Assembly: GCA_012295275.1 (NCBI GenBank)
Contig: CM022670.1
Coordinates: forward strand, 2,666,001-2,730,000
From: Chrysomallon squamiferum
Lineage: Eukaryota; Animalia; Mollusca
Direction of reading: 5' to 3'
Length of the DNA stretch: 64,000 bases
Shown piece after piece: positions 12,910 to 24,541 of this stretch. Each line of letters begins with the position of its first letter. Position 1 is the stretch's first letter. A program made the translations under genes and the position numbers. The notes under the pieces are model-generated. The model made no database searches and was not told the origin of the DNA. It worked only from the letters and a program-made list of their open reading frames with translations.

Positions 12910-14252
12910 TGACAGCTACAACAAACTCTGGCAAAGAGTATATAATCGTTTTTCTGGAACACATCATCGATGCTAGCAGTCTGGATATTTACGTCTCAAC
13001 AACTGAGCTGTCAAACGTCGTTGTGGAAATTTCCGCTCCTATGGCCACGTCAGCTCAAGAACCACTAAACGTCAGTGTCACCAACAACGTCGGCGCTCAC
13101 ATTTCACTGAACACGAGCCTTGCTCTGAAATACAGCAAACGATACAACAACGGAATTTTGATTCGAAGTAGCGCTGACATCACCGTTCAGTGCTTCAGTA
13201 CCAGCACTTCATCTATGTATCTCAACAGCGTTGGTGGCTTTTTGGCTTTGCCAACGAATGCTCTGGGAACGAAATACATGGTTGTTACTTACGTAGAAAG
13301 AAACCGATGTTTTTTCGCTGTTGTGGGTGTTGAAGACGGCACGGACGTAACCGTGACAATCAAAGTCCCACCTGTTGAGACGGCGGTGTTTGAAAATAGG
13401 TTGTACGGCAACGGTGACGTTTTACAAATCTCCATCAACAAATTTCAAGCTGTTCAGATTTCATCAATGGCTTCTCTAAGCGGCACTTTGATAACTGCCA
13501 GTCGAAACATTGCGGTATTTGTTGGTGCTGACTATTCTTCAGCTGAAGGAACGTCGAAAGATCATCTCGTAGAACAGCTGTCACCGCTGGATTCGTGGGG
13601 CATGGAATACGTGCTGTTACCTTTCCCACGTCGAAAGTCTTACGACATTATCCAGGTGACCGCTCAGTTTAAGGAAACGACAGTCAGTTACTACAACACT
13701 CGACATCTGATAGGGGATCCAGGCGAAAGCATCACTTTCGAACTGACATCAAATTCTCCGACAAGACTCTGGTCGAACAAAAGAATCCTTGTGATGCAAA
13801 TCGCGACTAGTTACGACTTAGATCCTGCTTCTTACAGCGAAGCGTACAGCTACCCAGAAAACCTCGAGTCAGGGAATCTAGATTTGGAATACTCTGATCC
13901 GTGCATGCTTCTCGTCCCTCCAGTGGAACAGTCCGTGTCTACGCATCTCTTTATGTCTCCGCTTTTAACTCACCTGGCTAAACTCGTCGTGCTGGTTATC
14001 ACAGCAAACACTAACTGCGCTTCTCGTATCGCGCTGACAGAAAGAAAGTCAGAAGTTTCGCTGACCTGGCTAAGGATAGCGGACACAAATAGAAGTGTCT
14101 CCTACACAAGACTTGAACACAGTGGTCCCTATTCTCTGGTCAGTCTGTTGAAGAATGACTCGTGTCCAATACTTGGAGGTTATATCTATGGTCCTGGCTT
14201 TCATTCATCTTGGGCCATGCCTGTAGGACAGGCTGTAAGGCAGTTGCCAGAT
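12910..14252 (+). CDS. Gene 2 coding exon 2: IgGFc-binding protein N-terminal domain (intact)
   Basis: Acceptor ttatttag|; TNSGKEYIIVFLEH...GILIRSSADITV...GGFLALPTNALGTKYMV...LSGTLITASRNIAVFVG...DHLVEQLSPLDSWGMEY...DPCMLLVPPVEQ...GGYIYG...SWAMPVG; donor gat|gtaagt at 14253, phase 0. Confidence 0.92.
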
Positions 14253-14419
14253 GTAAGTATTACTGTTATGTATTAAAACAAATCCTATTTCTTGTTGTTT
14301 TTAATATATTAATTAGCAAATCGTAGAAGCAAAAGATAGATTTTCTCAGTCGTTTAAACAAAGCTTTAATTATTCTTTTTTTAATTATTATTATTATTAT
14401 TATTATTATTCAATTTTAG

Positions 14420-15070
14420 AAACGAGACGAATTTGTATCAACTTCTGTTATCGAAGAAGCATCGACCTCAGTCGCATTAATTTCAATCTTTTCGACGTCA
14501 GCCACACTGGAAACATCATCAATTTACTCATCCCACAACATCGAAGCGTCGACATCAGTCATTATAACCTCAGCCTTTTCGACATCGTCCACTTTGGCAC
14601 CATCACCAGTTTATTCTTCGTACGACATTGAATCATCTTCCATGAAATCTTCTGAAGTTTTCTCGGAGTTACCATCTTCGTCGACTGTCTCAAACTACCA
14701 CGATGTTTCCACATCCTTAACAAATACGGATATTTCATCACTGCAACCATCGTCCACAGCAACTGCCCCGACTCGTACACCTGTGTGCACCTGCACCTGC
14801 AAAGTGACAAAAACTGTAAGAGAAGTCAACTCGAAGATAGACGAAATCCACAAACATCTGACAGTGGAAAAGAAGGCTCTGTCGGCTACAAGAAGAAAAA
14901 CTCACAGTGCAGTTGACACAAGGCGATCTTCACTGACCATTGGTCTTTTTGGGATAACTTTTATTTGTGCCACGTTTTTCATGATTAGTTTACCTGATAT
15001 TATTCAAGGAATCTGTTTCTTAAAATCTGCTTTTATCGCAAAAGCTCATAGAAGAATTTCACAACAGTAA
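14420..15070 (+). CDS. Gene 2 terminal exon: Ser/Thr-rich stalk, CTCTC and basic juxtamembrane module, TM helix, short tail
   Basis: Acceptor caattttag|; phase 0, open and in frame with ORF 14594..15070; ...VCTCTCK...IHKHLTVEKKALSATRRKTHSAVDTRRSSLTIGLFGITFICATFFMISLPD; spliced product about 684 aa. Confidence 0.9.
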   Translation, partial: KRDEFVSTSVIEEASTSVALISIFSTSATLETSSIYSSHNIEASTSVIITSAFSTSSTLAPSPVYSSYDIESSSMKSSEVFSELPSSSTVSNYHDVSTSLTNTDISSLQPSSTATAPTRTPVCTCTCKVTKTVREVNSKIDEIHKHLTVEKKALSATRRKTHSAVDTRRSSLTIGLFGITFICATFFMISLPDIIQGICFLKSAFIAKAHRRISQQ

Positions 15071-16082
15071 ATTTCTTTGACATGGCATTGCTTGAGAGGA
15101 AAAGATTCGCGATCGGAAAAGCAAAGGCTAAATTAATATTAACAAGAAGCTGTTATATCAAAATTGGTTCACGTATGTACATGATTATAAGGAAACACAA
15201 TTCATTCGATTGTGTTGCTTTTGTGTTCTAATTTTGTTTTTATTATATTATATTAATTTATTTAATTATTTATTATTTTGTTATTTATTTTTAGTATTAT
15301 TAATTTTTTGACACAAGCCGATTTTGTTGTTGTTGTTGTTGTTATTATTATTATTATTATTTAATCTTTATTTTTATTATTATTGTTATCGTGGTTGCTG
15401 ATGTTGTTTGTTTTGTAAATAAGAATCAAATTACATTTTGAAGTTTTATTTGCATATATGAATAAAAAATATAGCAGAAATTTGCAAAAAAATTAATAAA
15501 ATAGAATAAAAAAATAAAATAATAAACAAATCAAACGTTGGACACTGGTATATAAATATATAAATATATACTGCTGCCACTTAAATATGCTTTACATTTT
15601 GGAGTTTAACATTTACTTTATCAAATATCATTCTATGTTATACAGTTCATATCCAAATGGATTTTATTTATTTTTTTACTCTATAACCTAACCTTTCCTA
15701 AAAATAAAGAGTAATAATAAGCTGGAAGATATTCATTGAAACATTTTTTTCTTCTTCTTCTGACATTGTTTCGTATTAAACAAGCAGCTAGGAAAAAGCC
15801 TTTGTTTCGCATCCAAGAATGTATTATCTGTGAACGGACTACATTAATTTGGACAAATTGAATAGTCAGACTGAGTTACTAGATAATGTATTTAATGTTA
15901 AACAGGGATTGGGAACGAATTTAACACAGACTCAAAACAGACTATAGTAATTATTTTCTTTGTTTGTTTGCTGATGTTCCGCTGATGGGTCCAGTCCCCA
16001 TTGATATACTTAGCAAAATCCTTCTTGTATGTTTTTTATCTTTGAGAATCCTGTTTTACACTGATATTATACAAGAAAATAC

Positions 16083-16130
<48 letters not shown>

Positions 16131-17319
16131 TAAATAAATAAATAATAAATTACTGCTACTGCTACTACTATTATTACTATGCCGCTGCTACTTGTACTAT
16201 TACTTTTATTATTATTATTATTATTACTACTACTACTAATAATAATAATAATCATAAGATAATCGATCAATTATTTTTTTTCGTACTTACAATACTGCTC
16301 GTCATTACTAACATCATCGTCATTATATCACTATCAACATAACACACATTATTATCATCATCATCATCATCATCATCGTCGACGTCATTATCGTCACTTA
16401 TATATAAACATTTAAAATATTTCACAAGTACCTCTTATGAGTCAGTCATTTAAAAAAAAAAAAACATAAAATCTTCTAATCAATACTAGTTTACAAACTT
16501 AGGACAGTTTGAAATTTAACAGAATAAAACCCCGACACATTTAATTCATTTAACAAAAGATTTACTTGCAATATTTCTGTGATTTTTATGATTTAACTTT
16601 TAACTCCAAAGCGATGTCAAATCAAACTGTACATTGATATGCAAACCAGCGTTCAATAAATTAGCTTTCACTTATCAGTACGAAATGTTTCTCTGTGTTA
16701 ATTTATTCCTTTTATCTTGATCTCATTTTCATTTTTCTCTTTTTAACTTTTTTCGTTTTCTTTTCTTTTTTCTTTTTTGCTCTCTTTTTTTTTGTCTTTC
16801 TTATTTTTTTTTATCTTTAAATTTTGTTTTTTTAAATTATTGAAAGCGATTGTTGGGAAATAATCTTGAAACAAAATACAAAGTATATGCGAATCCAGAT
16901 GGTTGTTGAAAGTTGTATTAATAACAATGGCGTGTATACTTCCTTTCTAAAATCATTAGAAACAAACCCATAAAAACGACAACAGCAACAACAACAACAA
17001 CATAATAATAATAATAATAATAGTAATAATAATACGTTTATAAACGTATTTAAAAATAATTTTTGATCGAGGATAACAGATTTTCACGGAAATACGGCTG
17101 CTAGATTATCTCCCTTGGATCACCGTTCATTATTCATCAGCGACACGTTTAAATGTATCGGCTGTTATTTATATCCAAAACAAGGTAGAAAAGAGAACAG
17201 AGAAAGTTAACACATCTGTTACTAATTATTTTCAAAGGAAACACGACTACAACCATTCTACAAATTTCATCGATCTACCAACAGCGAATAATTTACTATA
17301 CATGCGCTTAGAGCGTCTG

Positions 17320-17645
17320 TTTTATTTAACGACATAGCCAATGATAATTTTTAAAATCATTCAATCTGCATTCCAGTATGAATGAATGTATTGCTCCATT
17401 TTTAGTGATTCTCTCGAGCTACGGTTTGGAACGAGAAAGAGCTATCCCAAAACGCTAATTCTAACCTCTGAGATAACAGTAGTCCCACTGTGCTTAAATT
17501 AATGTTAACTACTAACAGAATTAGCGTGCTGGGTCGCCGTATCTCGTTCCAAATCGTACCCCGAGGCCGGTTCATCAAAGGCAGCCATGTTGGAATGCAT
17601 GATTATAGATTCCTTTAATATTACTATTAGGTGTCATTAAATAAA
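17320..17645. mobile_element. Foldback/MITE-like element with nested inverted repeats
   Basis: Outer tttatttaacgaca / tgtcattaaataaa; middle tgcattccagtatg / catgttggaatgca; inner ~50-bp arms at 17413-17462 and 17517-17565. Confidence 0.7.
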
Positions 17646-18960
17646 TATTTATTTACTTATTCAAGAAGTTACTTTGTTTTGGTTTGCAGTAGGACCGACA
17701 AATTTACTGAGGTCAGATAAATGACCACGACAAGCGTACTTAAATACTTTTTAAAGATAAACAATACTGTTAAAGTTAACTGAATATCAGTGTATTTACC
17801 GATTCATCTAGCTATATATATTTGTTTTGTTTTTGACGATCAGTTCTGTACATCAGAGTTATGAGGATTATTTAACTCGTAAATCAGTGCACACTCATTG
17901 ATTTCACAAACACTTCTCTCTCATTTACGGTCACTCCAACTGTCATGTTCAGGAAATTGAAATAATTTAGGCTTGAAAATAACTTTAAATCAAACTGAAG
18001 AGAAAACTGGATATGTGCCGCTGAAGTGACATATTAATCTATAAACGTATATCTGCCTGGATATATATATACGCTTATAGATTTATATGTCAAAACAGTC
18101 ATATACACGTGTGTGCGTGTTTGTGTATGTGTATGTGTAAAAGCATCCAAAGCAAAATTATTAATACATATAGTGAGTGCGCTTGTTTTCTCTTTTACTC
18201 TCTATTTATCCATCTGTCAGTTTATCCATCCATCCATTTATTCATCTATGTCTGGGTACATATATAGCTAGTAATATATATATATATATTAATTAATTAA
18301 TTAATTAATTAATTTAAAATATTAAGAAAAAATCAATAAATTAAAAAAACAAAAAATCTTTATGTTTTACTTTCTTTTTATTTCTTCTCATTGGAAACCA
18401 ACTATTTGACGTCTTCATCTGTTGGAACAAACCCGGGAGTCAACTTCCACTGTCACTAGCCCGGTATCCAACTTGCTGGCACCTGGACCGGTAGATTCAG
18501 ACAAGGTTTACCAATCCGTCCAACTTTGTTTGCCTTCTGTGTCAACAAAACTTAATACAGCTGGCATAGCTGGACTGCGAGCACCTTCCTTGAGCTACAG
18601 AGAAAACGAGATTAATATTCGTGAAAAGAAGGCCTTGAAAGAAACACTTGTTGTTTGTTTTAAAGCTGATGGCGCCGTAATTCGTACAGAAAATGTTTTT
18701 GGAACCGATCAGTTCAGTTTTCAAAAGAGAGATTATTTCTGTTTGTTGGCAGTCGGTGGCCCAATTACAATGAATGTGTAATGGTCATAAAATTTACTTG
18801 AATGTTGCATAATTCATGTGTAATTGAGACAGGCAGCACACCTAATTAAACATCAAATGACGGGCTTACTTCAACTACAAGTGTATTAATTAAAATCTCC
18901 ACAGTTTAGGTAAATAAAAACAACAACAATTATAATAATAATAATAGTAATCTTAATAAC

Positions 18961-19020
<60 letters not shown>

Positions 19021-20604
19021 TGTAATCGTAGTAGTAGTAGCAGTAGTAGTAGTAGAGGTAGTGGCAATAGTAACAACAGTAGTAACAGTTACAGTGACTC
19101 ATATTGGTAGTAATAATAGCACTTCCATTAGTAATAACAGCCTTGGTGATATAAATAATCGTGGTACTGGCAGAAATAAACGTTGCAGTAGCTGCCGCGG
19201 TTGTGATAGTAGCAGCAATACAGTAGTACTGTCGTATTACGACGAGGAGCAGCAATGGTGGTGGTTGTTTTAACAATTATAGACGTAGACATAGTAGCAG
19301 TAATTGTAGTAGTTATAATAGTAGCTTCATTCTTTATAAATTAAATAAATAGTTAATTTTTCAAATCCAAGCCACATCCATTTTTCAGAATACAAAAGTC
19401 GAGACAATGGGATAAATTCAGGAAAGAAAGAAATAAATCAAAAACAATAAAAAAAATTAAATTAATGTCTTTTTCGCCATACGCGGGCTAAAAATAGCTT
19501 TTGTTTGTTGGTTACTTGCTGAGCGAAGCTCGTTTACAAATGTACCGAATGCCAGAATACGATTAAATAAATTATACTCTACTTTTTTCTTTATTTCTTT
19601 TTCTTTTTAAAGAAAAAAAAAAAAAAAAGAAGAAGAAGAAGAAGAAGATCGCCGAATCACTTAACTTTCTGATTTACTCGGAATTTCAGAATAACCGTTT
19701 GTATTTCGTCTGCATCGTTCGGCGTAAACCGACACCTTTCACACGAGATTTGGGGTAAAAATCCTTTTCTGAGGTAATAACAAAACTAGGGAGGTAAAAG
19801 GTATAACAAAAGCGGAGAGAAAAAAAAACGTTGGCAGGGTGATAAACCAAAACTAAATAAACTGTGTGTTTTATAGAGAATATAATATATATGCAAATGA
19901 CACTGGGTCCCTGTGACACTGAATCGTTTGCTAAAACTCTTGCGGTCTTCCATGTTTTACTGAATAAACCATCCACCATGTTGGGTTTTATATGTAAACA
20001 GTTAAATAAAACTACTGTTTCACAGTATTTAATCAATCGTCATGCTCTTGTTTTGGTAATTTTTCGGCTGTCGAAAACGTTTTGAATTATAGAAATCCTA
20101 GCAATAAAGCAAACAAACAAAACAATAAAATATTTTAAAAAAAATAAAAAAATAAAAAAATAAAAAATAAAATAAAATAAAATAAAAATGAAAATAAAAA
20201 AAAAAAAATAAAAAACAAAAAACAAAAATAAAACCACAACAAAACAAAATCTATATCTATCTATCTATCTATCTATCTATATATATAAAATTAAATAAAT
20301 AATAAAATAAAAAATAAGAGCACAAAAACGTCATAGAAGGTTTAAAATTGATCTGATCATTTGGTTGTTTATTTGTTTAAGTTTTAAAATCTCTGATATC
20401 GAGTGTCTGGGCAGCTTAGCTTTTTTTTCTTCTTCTTTTTCCTTTTTAGTGAACTTTAAGAGTTGAATGTCAACGCAAATCTGTCTTAAAGTTAAGAATG
20501 TTTATTTATATCTGTTGTGTATATTGTATATGTACGTTTGGAGGGCGTATATACATACATACATACATATGACACCCACACCCCCCCCCACACACACATA
20601 TATT

Positions 20605-20647
<43 letters not shown>

Positions 20648-20702
20648 ATATATAGGTAAGTCAGTAAGTGTAGATGTATATGTTTGTCTGTCTGCCTGAA
20701 TG

Positions 20703-20733
<31 letters not shown>

Positions 20734-21442
20734 GAGGGATAATACTACTACTACAATTATTACTGCTACTATGTAATCATCATTTGTTTCTACCTTTTTC
20801 TTTCTTTATATATTTATCAAGATATCAGCTTCAGCTTAACAAATACTGCGGAATAATGTAAGGGTGCTTTAAAAACAAACGTTTTTTATCTTCAAAGGCA
20901 GAGCTAGAACAGAAACGAATTTGACGCAGATTTCCCCCCCTTTTCTACGCCCTCTTCCATTACAACAATCCTTTAGATTTACAGGTATGCTGAAAATAAA
21001 TTGTCTAAAACTGAGTAAATAAAACGTAAAAGCTTTTCTATATTTTTATAGCTTTGTATTTCATCATTAGGAAAAATTGGAAGAGGTTATGGCCAGTCTA
21101 ATTAATCAACGTTGTTTGAAAGAACAGAAAAAGAAAAATAAATATTTGTATTGTTATCAGAATTAGGGTCGTCTATGAGCCGATGTTTGAAATGTTAATG
21201 ACTTTTGGAAATAAAATATATAATAATAATAATAATAATAATAATGACAACAAACACAACAAAAATATCAAACACAATAGCAATAACAATAACAATAACA
21301 ATAGCAATAGCAATAACAATAATAATAATAATAATAATAATAATTACAACAACAACAAAAATAATAGGCTTTCTAAACGTGATCCAAATGAGATGTAGGT
21401 GTATATATGTTTGTTCCAGTATATCTTGTTTTTCGTATTTTT

Positions 21443-21447
<5 letters not shown>

Positions 21448-21519
<72 letters not shown>
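21448..21519. repeat. (GT)n(GA)n compound microsatellite upstream of the putative dachsous promoter
   Basis: Directly visible. Confidence 0.95.
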
Positions 21520-21521
<2 letters not shown>

Positions 21522-21599
21522 GCCAACAGACTCGTCTACCTTGTGTTAATAACTTACAAATTATTAAATCTCATTATTACGTACAGAAGCAAAAGGTAG

Positions 21600-21970
21600 C
21601 CTTTCTAAAGGAAACAATTAACTGTCTAATTTATTAAGGCAGTAATTGCCAGGGAAATGTCAGGCTGCCGATCTGCTGACAGTTTGACCGACTCGGCATT
21701 CTCTCTCGCGATCAGACACCCAACTTGGAAAACAACCACGTGACCTGGACCGAGAACGAGGCAGTTTGTTGATGTTAGCGATAAAGGCTCGATGGTGGTA
21801 CATGCTTCGCACCGTTCTCGGACAGCATAGTTCTTTTGGAGAGGAATTACATCTGATACACAGAAAACGATGAATTTTCTAAAAGCACAGATTCCATGTT
21901 GTGGATTGTACTAACGCAGAAGCGTGTTGGAAGTAGAAAAAGTGGCTGTGGAGGTAACAGGTAGACTCAG
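21600..21970 (+). promoter_or_regulatory. ds: Probable dachsous promoter and non-coding exon 1 (start approximate)
   Basis: CpG-containing island with TCTCGCGA (21704) and CACGTGAC (21737), ending in the consensus donor cag|gtaagt at 21971, 2.3 kb upstream of the coding exon. Confidence 0.6.
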
Positions 21971-22312
21971 GTAAGTCAGGCGGGCTAAACCTCCCTTCAG
22001 CGCTGTTTCTAGCGGTCGCTTTTTCAGCGGCGTTTGTGTGGTGTTGAGCATGGCTCTCACTTCTGTGTTGTTCGTAACGTTTTAGGTGATCATTCAAGTT
22101 AGTTTGCTTCAAAGCAAGACTCGCCAACTTTCTCCTTCTGTGTTATAGTATTGTGTGTATGTAAATTGTTCTGAAGTTAATAAGCAATCGATATTCAGAA
22201 GTTACACCTGTAAATGTCTCATTCACAGCGTTGTAATTATATGTAAATTTATTAAATGCTTTTTAAAGTCGAATGTTATTTATAAAGTTCTCATTTGTTT
22301 ATGATTTATTAC

Positions 22313-22358
<46 letters not shown>

Positions 22359-23399
22359 TGGAAATGTTATTTAAAAAAACAACAACAGAAAAACAAAACA
22401 AAACAAAACAAACAATTAAAAAAAAACTCACCTAGTATTCTTTTTACCAGTAATTTATTAAAAAAGAAGAAACAAAACAACAATAAATACAAATATACTA
22501 AAACAGCAATATAATAATAATAATAATAATAATAATAAATGTAAAATAGTAAGAGAAAATAAATAAATTATAAAATAAAAAAAATAAAAAAATAAGAAAC
22601 AACTCATGCAAAACCAATGCTTTAAAAAGTAAAAATAAAAATAATTCTTATAACTGCTTTAACCTGCAGAATAAGACATTTTTTAAAATTAGTATTTAAT
22701 TAATCTTTAAATTAATTGAATGATGCAATTGTTGACATTATTATTACCTTTAAATTGTTTTATTATTAAACCCGTAATTACTTAATTCACAATAAAAATG
22801 ACAATAATTTTTTTTTTAATTTTTATTATTATTAAACAATAAACAATAAACAAATGATTATATAACATTATTTAATTACAAAAAATAATAATAATAATAA
22901 TAATAACAATGTGAAATAATTGGTTAGTTAACAAAATCTTTTGCTTAAATAATTATAATAAATTATTTTTTTTATAGAATTAAGATTTGCATTTTTAGTG
23001 TTATTTTTATTTATTATAATTTATTTATTTATTCATTTATTTATTTTTCATTTTTATTTTGTTTTGGTTTTGGATAGAATATTTCATATTTTTAGAACTT
23101 AATTTAAAAGGTAAAAAAAAGTACTATTTTTATTTTGCTTATAAACTGATACAAACTGTAATAATTTTAAATTTTACAATAATTTCTCTGTGATTGCAAG
23201 AAACTCAGAAATACACACTGATAACTTTATTTATTTTATTTTAAATCTTACAATAATTTCTGTAATGCTACATGAAACTCTGAGATACACAGTTTTAATT
23301 TTATATTAATTTTATTTTAAATCTTACTGTAACAACCATTGAAAATGTACAGTAACAATATTTTATTATCAGACTAACAGTAATTTTGTATTCATTTTA

Positions 23400-24273
23400 T
23401 TTAAAATCTTGCTTTAAGAACTATTAGAAATACACAGTAATAATATTTTATTTACAGAATATCAGTAATTTTGTATTAATGTTATTTGAAATATTGCTTT
23501 AAGAAATAATATTTTATTTACAGAATCATTATTTTAAATCTTGCTTTAAGAAATAATGTTTTATTTTCAGAATATCAGTAGTTTTGTATTAACATTATAT
23601 TAAATCAGGCTTTAAGAAATAATATTTTATTTTCAAAATATTAGCTTTTTTTAAAAATATTATTTTATATCTTGCCTTAAGAAATAATATTTTATTTTCA
23701 ACATATCAGTAATTTTGTATTAACATTATTTTAAATCTTGCTTTAAGAAATAATGTTTTATTTTCAGAATATCAGTAATTTTGTATTATTATATTTTAAA
23801 TCTTGCTTTAAGAAATAATATTTTGTTTACAGAATATCAGTAATTTTGTATTTTAAAACTTGCTTTAAGAAATAATGCTTTATTTTCAGAATATCAGTGA
23901 TTTCGTATTTTAAATCTTGCTTTAAGAAATAATATTTTATTTTTAGAATATCAGTAATTTTGTATTATTATATTTTAAATCTTGCTTTAAGAAATAATGT
24001 TTTATTTTCAGAATATCAGTAATTTTATATTATTATATTTTAAATCTTGCTTTAAGAAATAATGTTTTATTTTCAGAATATCAGTAGTTTTGTATTAACA
24101 TTATTTTAAATCTTGCTTTAAGAAATAATGTTTTATTTTTAGAATATCAGTAATTTTATATTATTATATTTTAAATCTTCCTTTAAGAAATAATGTTTTA
24201 TTTTCAGAATATCAGTAGTTTTGTATTAACATTATTTTACATCTTGCTTTAAGAAATAGTGTTTTATTTTCAG
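23400..24273 (+). repeat. Tandem repeat, mostly 57-66-bp unit, about 14 copies; the last unit supplies the probable dachsous acceptor
   Basis: Unit aaatcttgctttaagaaataatgttttattttcagaatatcagtaattttgtattaacattatttt; tcttgc-like anchors near 23539, 23670, 23736, 23801, 23915, 23980, 24045, 24111, 24176 and 24242. Confidence 0.95.
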
Positions 24274-24541
24274 ACTAACAGCAGGTTTGCAGCAGGACTC
24301 AGTAATAAATGAGCTGACTGCGGCGTGACACGTTCAGTGGATGTCAGCCTTGTCATGAATTTACCTGTCAGTCGACATTATTTAGGAATTCACTTAAAAT
24401 GTTCCTGGCTGGTTCCTGACCCAAGCCACTCAGGGCAGTCCACACTACAAGGTGACATGCTATCCCAAACTGCAGGCGTTTAGACGAAAGGGATTTGGCA
24501 CAGCAGCAGCATCAACATTATCATCTTCAACAGTGTCAGAT

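Noticed and set aside
18422-18781. 119-aa plus-strand ORF
   Set aside because: TTG start, no recognisable domain or convincing plus-strand splice sites
24452-24541. GTG-initiated N-terminal extension of Dachsous
   Set aside because: ATG at 24542 directly precedes a good signal peptide
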